IMG/VR virus record: IMGVR_UViG_3300036761_003567
Location: 43,224 to 107,223 of that record
DNA from: a virus
Strand: one strand, 5' to 3'
Length of the DNA stretch: 64,000 bases
Part shown: positions 27,358 through 36,607 of the stretch, piece by piece
How the letters are laid out: each line of letters begins with the position of its first letter
How positions within the stretch are numbered: the stretch's first letter is position 1
Program-made: the position numbers and the translations under genes
Notes under the pieces: generated by a model
Database searches by the model: none
Seen by the model: the letters and a program-made list of their open reading frames with translations, nothing else
What the model was told of the DNA's origin: nothing

Positions 27358-27438
27358 GGTATTTAAATACTTGAACGGATATTCCAGTACCTGGTTTAAT
27401 ATCTTTGCAAACGTATCTAACTCCTCCAGGAGGAAGCC

Positions 27439-27726
27439 ATGGAAGAATTGATGGGACAGCTCCGGCTGCTTCAGAAACAGGATCTGGAGCTTGAGAGGGC
27501 CAAGAAGCGCCTGCGCGAAGTCGAGAAACAGGCCATAAAAGCAGCCTTGACTGTCATCGGCCTCGTCCTTTCCGCGGTCCTCTTCGGCCTGGCTATCGTC
27601 TATTTGGATCTTGATACGCCGATCTGTACCTACCATCTGCTCCTACTATCGCCTTTCCCTTTCATGTGCTGGGTTCAAGGCGTTCAGGGGAAGGAATGGG
27701 AAAAGTTTAAGAAGGACATGGGATAG
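27439..27726 (+). CDS. small two-TM membrane protein
   Basis: GGAGG SD; two hydrophobic segments. Confidence 0.6.
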   Translation: MEELMGQLRLLQKQDLELERAKKRLREVEKQAIKAALTVIGLVLSAVLFGLAIVYLDLDTPICTYHLLLLSPFPFMCWVQGVQGKEWEKFKKDMG

Positions 27727-27927
27727 GCCTGATGAAACAGAAGAACGCCCTGGAGTCCGGTTTCTGCACGGCGCTTCGCTGCCGGGTATTCGTCAGGAAC
27801 GGGGATGGCGTGCAGTTCGTGGACGGAAAGAAGGAAATCCAGCGCTATTGCTGGAGGTGCTGGCTGCGCAAGGTCTTGGACGTTCCAGAAACGGTGAAGT
27901 GATACGCGGTGTCCTCTCTCCACCTCA

Positions 27928-27962
27928 AATCCTTGACCAGGGATTCCTCTATCTGCTAAAAT
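27928..27962 (+). promoter_or_regulatory. sigma70-type promoter with AATCC-N8-GGATT dyad over the -35
   Basis: TTGACC-18-TAAAAT with extended TG. Confidence 0.65.
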
Positions 27963-27988
27963 TAGCCAGTGGACAAGGAGATTGACGC

Positions 27989-28741
27989 ATGGACGCGGGA
28001 ACGACGGAAATCTTCAGAGGCCATTTGGACGAGTGCCTAAAGCACCTCGACACCAGGCTGGCCATATTGGCGCCAAGACGCTCAAGGAACTCCGCAAAGT
28101 CCAGGCTGCCTATGGCGATATTCTGCGGTATCCAGGGTAAGTCAATCTTGGAGTGGTTTAACGAGAAAGCCAAGCCCAAGGGTACGCAGCTCTTCAAGTG
28201 CATGTGTTATTTGGACATGATCGGGTACAGGGTCATTGAGCTTGAGAGGACGAAGAGGGTCAAGCGCAACATCGTGGAGCTTATCGGCTTTGGCGTCTTC
28301 TCTTCTCAGCAAGTGACTGAACTCTTGGGTTATGCTTCTTCTTCCCACTTCTTCCGTGCCATGGAAGGACAAGCTGACAAGACCATGGAACAGAAGATGT
28401 GGGATCTTTGGAAGGAGAGAAAGGAGGAGCTCGACAAGAAGAAGCAGGAAGCGAAGCCTCAGGCGATCGTTGTTCCGGCGGCTGCTCCGGCGGCTGCTCC
28501 GGCGGTTATCGTAGAGACGCCACGTGCGCGTGCGGCGAAAGAAGGGACCAGCGGAGACATTCATACGGGTGCCGCAGCTGGCTCTCTCGTCGTGAACTTC
28601 ATGAAGGGCCTTCTGGTCCTCCTTGAGAGTGTCTCCGACGAGTCCCTTCTGAATCTTACGAGGCAGGAATCGGGTATGATTCTCAAACTCTCAGCGCGCA
28701 TGAGCACGCTGAGTTCCAAACTCATTGGAAAGGCTCAGTGA
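27989..28741 (+). CDS. putative DNA-binding protein with two HTH-like segments
   Basis: MAIFCGIQGKSILEWF...PKG and SQQVTELLGY; AAGGAG SD. Confidence 0.6.
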   Translation: MDAGTTEIFRGHLDECLKHLDTRLAILAPRRSRNSAKSRLPMAIFCGIQGKSILEWFNEKAKPKGTQLFKCMCYLDMIGYRVIELERTKRVKRNIVELIGFGVFSSQQVTELLGYASSSHFFRAMEGQADKTMEQKMWDLWKERKEELDKKKQEAKPQAIVVPAAAPAAAPAVIVETPRARAAKEGTSGDIHTGAAAGSLVVNFMKGLLVLLESVSDESLLNLTRQESGMILKLSARMSTLSSKLIGKAQ

Positions 28742-29526
28742 TTATGAAGACAAAGATGGTTGCGATCAAGGACCTGAAGTCCAACCTGTTCGTACGCGAG
28801 TGCCTGAATCAGGATCACGCGCTTCACCTGGCGGCGCTCCTGGAGAACGGTGTCAAGCTGCCGCCGATCAAGGTCAATCCGGAACTCATCGTCATCGATG
28901 GCCGTCACCGAATCGAGGCTCACGACGTCCTCAGCCGTAAGCAGATCGAGGCGGAGGTCGTCGACATCACCGACGAGACGAAGCTCATCGCCGAGGCGTA
29001 TAAGGCGAACATCGGCGGGTCGCTGCTCCCCACCAAGGAAGACACCGAACACACGGTTACGCTCCTGGTGGAGCGTGGCGAGAGCATCAAGACTATCGCC
29101 GAGATGCTCGCGCTTCCTCCCGGCATCACCCGTTCCTATGTCTCAAGTGTGAAATCCATTATTACACGGCGCAACCTCCAACGCGCTGCCGAAATGGTCA
29201 CCAATGACGTACTTTCGACCGCCCAGGCCGCCGAGAAGTACAAAGTCGACCTTAATACGCTCAAGGAGAAAATGGACGGCCGTCGCCATCCAATCAAGCA
29301 CGGCGTTAGGGAACTCAAGGACCAGATCTCCAAGCTCTACCGCTCGACCGCCCAAAGGAACGCCGGAATCTTCAAGGGCCTGCTGCACAAGTACCAGGAT
29401 GCCGTCTTCACGGAGCAGCAGGTTACGGTCTTCATTAAGCATATTGAGGGCCTCCAGGATAACCAGTCTCGCACGCTGCTCAAGTGGAAGCAGCGGTTCG
29501 AGGCTCTGATCAACAATGGCAAGTGA
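28738..29526 (+). CDS. ParB/Srx N-terminal domain protein with HTH
   Basis: LPPIKV...IDGRHRIEA; SIKTIAEML; start may be ATG 28744. Confidence 0.8.
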   Translation: MIMKTKMVAIKDLKSNLFVRECLNQDHALHLAALLENGVKLPPIKVNPELIVIDGRHRIEAHDVLSRKQIEAEVVDITDETKLIAEAYKANIGGSLLPTKEDTEHTVTLLVERGESIKTIAEMLALPPGITRSYVSSVKSIITRRNLQRAAEMVTNDVLSTAQAAEKYKVDLNTLKEKMDGRRHPIKHGVRELKDQISKLYRSTAQRNAGIFKGLLHKYQDAVFTEQQVTVFIKHIEGLQDNQSRTLLKWKQRFEALINNGK

Positions 29527-29647
29527 CCGTATTTCATTCCGGGTGGCGCGCGGGGTCTGCCGAATAAGTGCCTTGTGGCACAAATAAGGCAGGGCGGCTC
29601 GAGCCGACACCATACTCCGCGCGCTACCCGTCCTCGGAGGCTAGACA

Positions 29648-30268
29648 ATGGGTTTAGACGAGCCTGTTTGCCCGAGATGTGGAAGTCGGGAGTGGTCCCG
29701 CCATTGCCATGAGGGTACGTGTTTCTACGTCGTCCCCGCCGAATTAGACCCTGGTACCCAATATGGGCCAGACCCGGAAGCGTCACCCTTCTACAAAGAA
29801 GAAACTAATAAGCTCCCTACTCACGTCGTCGAGCCCGTCATGATCAGCAAAGGCTATAGTCCCATTCCGCAACAGCATGTGCCTCCCGAACTCTTGGAAA
29901 AGCTCAAAGCCGTAACTGCAGAACGAGATGCTCTTAAAGCCGACGTCAAGCGGCTGGGCGGGATGCTGGGAGAGAAGTTGCTGGAAAAGGTGGATGGGGC
30001 TCTCAAGACTCTCTCCGCCGTCGAGGACTCGCGGGAAGCCTACCATAAGGAGCTGGTAGCAGAGAATGAGAAGCTCCGGGAGGAGCGAGATACCCTGCGG
30101 GCGTTATTCGCCGAGGACCGTTCCTACGATGACAAGAGCATCCTGGACCACATGGACATAGCGGGGGTGTTGCTTCACAATAAGTGCGGAGAGGTGGGAT
30201 TCGCACTCAGCAATAAGTTCTCCGGCTGGATCAAAAAGGCGCAGGCCGTCATATCGGGTAAGACATGA
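29648..30268 (+). CDS. hypothetical coiled-coil protein
   Basis: GGAGG SD; TAERDALK segment shared with 37114..38115. Confidence 0.6.
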   Translation: MGLDEPVCPRCGSREWSRHCHEGTCFYVVPAELDPGTQYGPDPEASPFYKEETNKLPTHVVEPVMISKGYSPIPQQHVPPELLEKLKAVTAERDALKADVKRLGGMLGEKLLEKVDGALKTLSAVEDSREAYHKELVAENEKLREERDTLRALFAEDRSYDDKSILDHMDIAGVLLHNKCGEVGFALSNKFSGWIKKAQAVISGKT

Positions 30269-30864
30269 ATAACTACATCCTGATCGCAGCACGTGTGGCG
30301 GCTGGCTACCACCAGCAGCAAGTCCGTAAATATACCGGTGCCCCGTACATTGTGCACCCCGCCCGGGTGGCTGCCCGCCTGACTCGTCATCCCTTGGGGA
30401 CCGAGGAAGGCGTCTGTGCGGCGTGGCTTCATGACGTGCTGGAGGACTGTGAAACCAGGCCACGCGACATACGGCTCTCGTTCCCGGATGAGCCCATACT
30501 ATCCGAGGATATCGACTATTTCCTGGGGAAGAAGACTGATGAACGCCATTTCGGCGAGCGGGTGGCCGATCTGATCCTGGAGCTCACCAATCCGTCCAAG
30601 CAGCATCCAGAGCTGCCGCGAGCCGAACGCAAGAAGATGGACCGGGATCACCTGCTTACCGCCTCCGTGCAGGCTAAGCTCATTAAGTTAATAGACAGGA
30701 CGGACAACTTGCTGGAAATGGGCGATGCGCCGGCCGACTTCGTCCAGGTGTATGGGGAGGAGTCCAAACTCCTGTTTGAGGTGTTGAGCGGCACGGATGT
30801 AGGGCTCGAGCAGGAATATATTGCCGCCCTGCACGCCGCACTCAGGAAGGTAGGACGTCCATGA
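30265..30864 (+). CDS. HD-domain (p)ppGpp hydrolase-like protein (small alarmone hydrolase / Mesh1-like)
   Basis: H..Q.RK....PYIVHP..VA, AAWLHDVLED, ELT, IKLIDRTDN. Confidence 0.85.
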   Translation: MNNYILIAARVAAGYHQQQVRKYTGAPYIVHPARVAARLTRHPLGTEEGVCAAWLHDVLEDCETRPRDIRLSFPDEPILSEDIDYFLGKKTDERHFGERVADLILELTNPSKQHPELPRAERKKMDRDHLLTASVQAKLIKLIDRTDNLLEMGDAPADFVQVYGEESKLLFEVLSGTDVGLEQEYIAALHAALRKVGRP

Positions 30865-31118
30865 CGAGATGGACCGCACTAGCCATCTATGAGGGAGGCG
30901 ACGACATCAAGTGTGAGGTGGGAGGCCCCTGTACCGAGGAAGGTCCGTGCAAGGGCAAGTTCATAGGCTGGATCCAGTTATACCGCGACGGGATCCTTCA
31001 CACGCCGCTTCTGAGTTCGAATCCCGTCTTCGACGACGCAGAATCTGCCAAGAGGGCGATGGAGAAGATCGTGGCCGACGTCCGCGCCCTGTCGCTTGAT
31101 AAACTGATGTCCGCCTAG
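30861..31118 (+). CDS. hypothetical protein
   Basis: ATGA overlap; followed by a terminator. Confidence 0.6.
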   Translation: MTRWTALAIYEGGDDIKCEVGGPCTEEGPCKGKFIGWIQLYRDGILHTPLLSSNPVFDDAESAKRAMEKIVADVRALSLDKLMSA

Positions 31119-31151
31119 GGGCCTGGACCAGCAAGTGGCTGGTCCAGGCCC
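31119..31151. terminator. bidirectional terminator between convergent genes
   Basis: 14-bp stem gggcctggaccagc / gctggtccaggccc. Confidence 0.75.
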
Positions 31152-31157
31152 TTCTAT

Positions 31158-31847
31158 CTAGGAATCTGTTCTGGCCGCAGAATCACCGCGCTCCGCCCGC
31201 CTCTTGAGTTCCTCCACCTTGGATGCCACCCGCTTGCGAGTTCCCTCGAACATCGTGCCGATGAAGTTGTGCATACTCTCGGCCGTCGAGCGATCGATCT
31301 TCCAGCGCGCCATCATCCATTCGATGACGGCCTTCTCGTCCTTCCCTCCGAAATCACGCCGGATCTGCTTAGAGATCTCGGAGGCCACCTTATCGGTAGT
31401 CCATTTCCTAATCTCGTCGGCCGGCGTGGCCATCCCGGGACGTCGGGTGCTCACGGCAGCATCTCCTGCCGGCTTGAGCAGCTTGTCCAGCTCGCCTAAC
31501 TTGGCGGCCTCTCTCTCCGCCAGGGTGCGGGTTAGATGGGCAAGTTTTTCGTCTCCCTGCTTGAGCCCCTCCTGTTCCTTGCGCCAGACGGGCGACTGTT
31601 TCCTCCGGATCTCGATGAATACGCGCAGGAGAGCCTGGACCGTGGCGTCTCCGTCGCCGCATGCATAGTCGGCATCCGCCTTCTTGGTCCATGTTTCCAG
31701 GATCGTCTCCAGCGCCTTCAGGTTGCAGCACCTGAGATTTCGACGAGTGATCCAGCTAGCCAGTTTGGCCAGCCCAATGTCGTCCCTCTTGAATGCCTCC
31801 AGCAGGGCTGCCTGGATCCGACCGTCGCTTTTGACCTGCTTACTCAT
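31158..31847 (-). CDS. hypothetical late-type protein
   Basis: AAGGAGG SD; CAAACGTA motif at 31893-31900; ALLEA near the N-terminus. Confidence 0.7.
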   Translation of the reverse strand: MSKQVKSDGRIQAALLEAFKRDDIGLAKLASWITRRNLRCCNLKALETILETWTKKADADYACGDGDATVQALLRVFIEIRRKQSPVWRKEQEGLKQGDEKLAHLTRTLAEREAAKLGELDKLLKPAGDAAVSTRRPGMATPADEIRKWTTDKVASEISKQIRRDFGGKDEKAVIEWMMARWKIDRSTAESMHNFIGTMFEGTRKRVASKVEELKRRAERGDSAARTDS

Positions 31848-31945
31848 AGCGCGCCTCCTTGAGAAGGGAAATAATCCGAACTTTCCGTGAAATACGTTTG
31901 CCCGCGAGCTCGCTCCTATTGTTGTATTGCTCTAGGATACAACGA

Positions 31946-31980
31946 AATCCTTGACGAGAGATTCCCCTCTGTATTTTAAT
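31946..31980 (+). promoter_or_regulatory. sigma70-type promoter with AATCC-N8-AGATT
   Basis: TTGACG-18-TTTAAT; same architecture as 27928. Confidence 0.55.
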
Positions 31981-32024
31981 GATCTTGTTGATTGAAGGTT
32001 CTTGGAACTTTGGAGGGCGATCAA

Positions 32025-32597
32025 ATGAGGACTTTTCGAGTGGCGCTGAAGAATCCGGTAGACGGCTCGATCACGACAGAAGAGGTCAAAGCAAGCGGAC
32101 TGAAGGAGATCCTGTACAGCGAACGGGTCCAGGCGCTCGTCGAGACGGCCGGATTCTCCTTAACCGTCGAGCCGGTTCCGCACGGGAACTCCAGGATGGT
32201 CGGACAGAAGCGCGTCTCTCGCCGCAGACGGGCCTTCAGTATGTCCGGCGACAAGCAGTGGGAGGGGCGCGTCAGGTGCCACTTCAGCACCAAGACCTGC
32301 CCCGTCTGCGTCAAGGAATCCTGGACGCGGGGGCAGTGCGACGACCACATTGTGGAAGTTCACAAGATGGATGACATCCAGACGGAAGCGGCCCGCGGGC
32401 GGCTGAAGGCCTGGCTTTCTGGGACCGACGCCAAAGCCACCATGGCCAGGATCCGTTCTGCGGGTCATGAGCCGCGGTTCTGCATCCGGACTCTAAAGTC
32501 CATGTGGAAAGCGCTGCCGACCTGGGCCGAGCCCCAGTCGGCAGGGATCGAGAAGGCTCCGGCGACTCCCTCTGATGCTACACTGGCTGGAGGATAA
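32025..32597 (+). CDS. hypothetical protein with a C2H2-spaced Zn finger
   Basis: GGAGG SD before MRTFRV; CPVC-x12-H-x4-H. Confidence 0.65.
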   Translation: MRTFRVALKNPVDGSITTEEVKASGLKEILYSERVQALVETAGFSLTVEPVPHGNSRMVGQKRVSRRRRAFSMSGDKQWEGRVRCHFSTKTCPVCVKESWTRGQCDDHIVEVHKMDDIQTEAARGRLKAWLSGTDAKATMARIRSAGHEPRFCIRTLKSMWKALPTWAEPQSAGIEKAPATPSDATLAGG

Positions 32598-33269
32598 ATG
32601 CAGCAGGGCCATCGCCAGGAGAACATGAGTGCTATCATTCAGCACGAGAGGGCCGTCCAGAAATGGACGGCGCTCATGCCGAAGGTCCGGGATCTCATCT
32701 ATGCAGGGAAATCCGTCCAGGAAACCGCCAATGAGCTCAAGCTTGCCTATTCCTATCTCATAGAGTATGTCAAGGAGGACCCGCAGCTCAAGGCCAGGGC
32801 AAGGCAGTCCTGGCTGGAAAAGATGAGTTCGCCTGAGCATAGGGCGCTCCTATCCAGGACCGGACGCGAACGGGCCCAGAACCGGAGCCCGGAGGCCCGG
32901 CAACAGGCGGCTGAACGCACCAGGAAGTGCTGGCAGGATCCCGCCTTCCGCGAGAACCACGTGCGAAAGATCCGCCAGAAGTGGCAGGATCCGGAGTATC
33001 GCGCCAACATGGAACGCAAGTGGAATGATCCAAACTGGCGGGCTAAGCTATCCAGTAGCCTGAAGGGCAGTACTGCCTTCCAGGCTTCCTTCGCGACCAA
33101 GGACACGAGCTTCCGACAGGACCCCGCGTGGCGGGCCCGAGTAGCAGAGAACATGAAGGAGGAATGGAAACGCAGGGGCTTCTGGACCTGGATCAAATCT
33201 TTCGACCCGGAAAAAAGAAAGAGGATACTTCAGGCAATTTATGCCTGGAAGAAGAAGCAACATGCATGA
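32598..33269 (+). CDS. HTH + W-x-D-P repeat protein, paralogue 1
   Basis: GKSVQETANEL; WQDP repeats; FWxWxxSFDPEK tail. Confidence 0.75.
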   Translation: MQQGHRQENMSAIIQHERAVQKWTALMPKVRDLIYAGKSVQETANELKLAYSYLIEYVKEDPQLKARARQSWLEKMSSPEHRALLSRTGRERAQNRSPEARQQAAERTRKCWQDPAFRENHVRKIRQKWQDPEYRANMERKWNDPNWRAKLSSSLKGSTAFQASFATKDTSFRQDPAWRARVAENMKEEWKRRGFWTWIKSFDPEKRKRILQAIYAWKKKQHA

Positions 33270-34246
33270 CCAAGTTTGAAGAGTTAGGATCTCACCTCCC
33301 AAGGATCCTAGAGCTTATCAAGGCCCAGGAGACGACGAGGTCTATCCCGCGCATCCTGGGGTGCAGCAGGACAGCCTTTAGGGAGTTCCTTTGGGATCAT
33401 CCAGAACTATGCACGGAACTTAGGGCAAATTATGCGGCCAGGCGGTCAGAAGTAGGTCGCAGGAACGCGCAGCAGGTCATTCAGAAGCGGCTCAGTCTCC
33501 CAATAGAGGAACAGGCCGCTCTGGCCCGGGAAAGGGTCGCTAGAGCCGTCAAGGGTGCAAGGGTTTCTGCCGCACTGGCTCGCGAGAAGTCCAGGCAGAA
33601 ATGGGCGGGGCTCATGCCCAAGGTCTACGAACTCATCAACGCAGGGCAGTCGGTACAGGAAATAGCTGACGAGACTGGTATAGATTTTTCTGTCATATAC
33701 GATCGCCTGAAGATTGATCCACGGCGGTCGGAACTTATGACTAGACTGAGACAGACCCGCTGGGAGCACCTCCACAGTCCTGAATACAGAGCCCTCCATT
33801 GCGAGCTGGCCCGCAAGGAGATGAAGGATCCGGAAGTTATCAGAAAGTTGTCAGAAGCTACTAAGAAGAAATGGTTAGACCCGTCCTTCCGTCAGGCTGC
33901 CGTACAAGTAGCATGTGCGAACTGGGAGCGCCCAGAGTATCGAGCGCGCATGGAACGCCTCTGGAACGACCCGAAGCACCGGGCGATGCTCGCGGCACAC
34001 ATAGCCGAGCAGCGGAAAGACCCGGTCTTCATCGCCGCCTGTAGAAACCGGGACACGAGCTTCATGAAAGACCCGGAGCACCTGGCACTGATGTCCGAGG
34101 TCATGAAGAAATGGTGGAGCACTAGGGATTTCTGGGCTTGGGTGGATACGTTCCCGCCAGAAAAGAAGAAGCAGATCCTGTGCGCCATACATGCGGGGCG
34201 CGCTACGGCCGCGACTAACTGGAAAAGGTACAAACATGATTCATAA
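33266..34246 (+). CDS. HTH + W-x-D-P repeat protein, paralogue 2
   Basis: ATGA overlap; two HTH modules; same tail. Confidence 0.75.
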   Translation: MTKFEELGSHLPRILELIKAQETTRSIPRILGCSRTAFREFLWDHPELCTELRANYAARRSEVGRRNAQQVIQKRLSLPIEEQAALARERVARAVKGARVSAALAREKSRQKWAGLMPKVYELINAGQSVQEIADETGIDFSVIYDRLKIDPRRSELMTRLRQTRWEHLHSPEYRALHCELARKEMKDPEVIRKLSEATKKKWLDPSFRQAAVQVACANWERPEYRARMERLWNDPKHRAMLAAHIAEQRKDPVFIAACRNRDTSFMKDPEHLALMSEVMKKWWSTRDFWAWVDTFPPEKKKQILCAIHAGRATAATNWKRYKHDS

Positions 34247-35387
34247 TTGGAACGAGTTGATGTCTAAGATCCGAGAGGCCATTTTAGCCGGCAAGTCCGT
34301 CCAGGAAATTGCCAATGAGTTAGGCCTGGGTTTCGGAGCCGTCTACCATCACATCAATGAGGACCCCGCGCGCAACGAGCTAAGGGCAAAGCTGTACGAG
34401 ACGCGCCTAGCAAACTATAATACTCCTAAGTATAAGGCAGCTCTGCGTGCCAGGCTAACAGGGCGCATGCGCGTCAAGTATTACGAGATAGGCGATCATC
34501 TTTCCAGGATTCGAGAACTAATTGAGGCCGGAACGGCCGCGCGCGACATTCCTTCCCTATTAGGTTGTGGCGCATCTTCGTTTTTCAAATGGCTGAAGGG
34601 TCAGCCAGACCTTCTTGCCGTCGCGAAGGCATTCCAAAGGGCCAAGATGAAGGAAGGTAAACAACAAGCAGACCTTCGGCTCAGTGCTGAAGAGCGAGAG
34701 GCCCGTGCTGCCCATCAGCGGGAAGTTGTCAGGAGAACCTACGAACGCTGGCGGGCTAGATCTAATAAGGAATGGGCCGATCTCGCACCCAAGGTCAAGA
34801 GCCTCATTTTCTCCGGTGAGACGATAGTGGACGTCGCCGTTATGACTGGCATAAATGAGAAGGCACTTGGCGCCCGTATAGATGCGGATCCTCAGCGTGA
34901 CGAATTAAGGGAAAAGCTGTATGAAAACTGGCTTGCGCGTATTAACACTCCCGAGCATAAGGCACTACTCTCTCAGAATATGAGTAGACGTATGGAGGAC
35001 CCAAAAGCCAGGGAACATCTATCCCAAGTCACTAAAGAGCAGTGGGAATGTGGCGTTCATGATGGCCACTCTGAATTCATGAAAGAGCTCTGGAAGGACC
35101 CAAAATTCCGAGCCGTGTTGGAACGCCATGCGCGGAGTCCAGAAAGGCGAATGCAGTCGTCCGAAAGGATTAAGGCTTTGTGGCGTGATCCTGCCTTCGT
35201 AGCGGCTTATTTGGAATCTAGAAAGTCTCCTGGATTGCGGGCTAAGCTATCGGAATCCTTAAAAGAGTCTTGGAGCCATAGGGATTTCTGGGAATGGCTC
35301 AATTCGTTCGATCCAGATAAGCGAGCGGAAATCCTGAGAGCAATGCATGCTTCCAACGCGGCCCGCAGGGCCTTAAGATTGGCCTAG
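34236..35387 (+). CDS. HTH + W-x-D-P repeat protein, paralogue 3
   Basis: Three HTH modules; same tail. Confidence 0.75.
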   Translation: MIHNWNELMSKIREAILAGKSVQEIANELGLGFGAVYHHINEDPARNELRAKLYETRLANYNTPKYKAALRARLTGRMRVKYYEIGDHLSRIRELIEAGTAARDIPSLLGCGASSFFKWLKGQPDLLAVAKAFQRAKMKEGKQQADLRLSAEEREARAAHQREVVRRTYERWRARSNKEWADLAPKVKSLIFSGETIVDVAVMTGINEKALGARIDADPQRDELREKLYENWLARINTPEHKALLSQNMSRRMEDPKAREHLSQVTKEQWECGVHDGHSEFMKELWKDPKFRAVLERHARSPERRMQSSERIKALWRDPAFVAAYLESRKSPGLRAKLSESLKESWSHRDFWEWLNSFDPDKRAEILRAMHASNAARRALRLA

Positions 35388-35757
35388 GGAAAGCCCAGAA
35401 GGGTTTCGATCTTCACGAAGGAGCGCGCCTTCTTGACCGCTCTAGTCCCTCGGCAGTGGGCAGACATCCAGAAGGATTCTTAAGCTGGACCGGGTTTCCA
35501 GTATATCCTTCTGCGGACCAGCTTTCAGTGATCTAACATGACAGCCCAAGGGTTCCAGGAACCGTCGATCGCGGAAGCTCTTCGCCAGAGGGTCCAGCAG
35601 CTCGAGCGAGCCCTGTGTAAGATGCACGGGTTTGACGGCAAGGCGGAGCGCTTCGCCGGTCAGGAACCCTGCCGCTTGTGCGGCCTCCCGGCGGACGACA
35701 TAGTCCACAGCGTTTCTGCCCTCCGGGAATCCACGGACCAGCCATCAGGAGGATAAA

Positions 35758-36114
35758 ATGCTTACCCTGCTTACTCGCAAGCAGATCGAGGCACTCACCG
35801 ACGCGGAGGCCAGCAAGTATCTGGCCGAGAAGGTGATGGGGTGGACATTCTCCTACGGCACCTGGTGGACGGGAGATATCAGCCGAACGAGTTCTTATGC
35901 CGCCCAGTTTGCCACCGATCTCAACCAGGCTGTCGAGGCGGCGGGGAAGATGGGGCTGGAATTAGAGGGATTGACTTTTGGTCTCGTCTGGAATTTAGGT
36001 ACGAAGAAGTGGATGGCCGGATGGGGTGCCGTAGTGGATTGGATGTCGCATAGCGCCCCCGCCCGCGCCGTCTGCAATGCAGTCATTGCAGCCCATGAGG
36101 CGAAACATGCTTAG
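35758..36114 (+). CDS. phage ABA-sandwich-like protein
   Basis: LAEKVMGW...FATDLNQA...PARAVCNAVI. Confidence 0.6.
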   Translation: MLTLLTRKQIEALTDAEASKYLAEKVMGWTFSYGTWWTGDISRTSSYAAQFATDLNQAVEAAGKMGLELEGLTFGLVWNLGTKKWMAGWGAVVDWMSHSAPARAVCNAVIAAHEAKHA

Positions 36115-36607
36115 CCAGAAACAAATAGCAGCGATGACCGACGACGAGGCAGACGTCTTCATTGCCTCCAAGATCCTCGGCATGACATGGAAGTCCTGGT
36201 CCTGGGACAAGGAGGGGATGGACCTCGTCTGGCCGTCTCCCAAGCCTTATGCCGATGACCACGGCTGCTGGGAGCGCGACGACCGCGCTACCGGAGGCGT
36301 CTTCGAAAGCGAGTGGGTGAACATCCCGGATTCCCACTCCTGGACGCCCGCCCGATGCATTGATGACGCGATGGAGGCGGTCAAGAAGATAGGGCTGCGC
36401 CTGCGCGTCGGCAAGCGACCTGCTCTCACCGGGCGCTTTAGCCTGATCTACCACGAAGAGCTTGACCTGTGGGTAGCCGGGTGGTTCTACGTCGTAGGAA
36501 CCGCGGATGACGCGTGGAACGAGGTCGACTGGGAAGGCACTGCCAAGCACCCCGCCCGTGCCGTCTGCAACGCGGTGATTGCGGCCCATGAAATGAAAGG
36601 GAAATAA
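36107..36607 (+). CDS. phage ABA-sandwich-like protein (tandem paralogue)
   Basis: IASKILG...WTPARCIDDA...PARAVCNAVIAAHE. Confidence 0.6.
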   Translation: MLSQKQIAAMTDDEADVFIASKILGMTWKSWSWDKEGMDLVWPSPKPYADDHGCWERDDRATGGVFESEWVNIPDSHSWTPARCIDDAMEAVKKIGLRLRVGKRPALTGRFSLIYHEELDLWVAGWFYVVGTADDAWNEVDWEGTAKHPARAVCNAVIAAHEMKGK

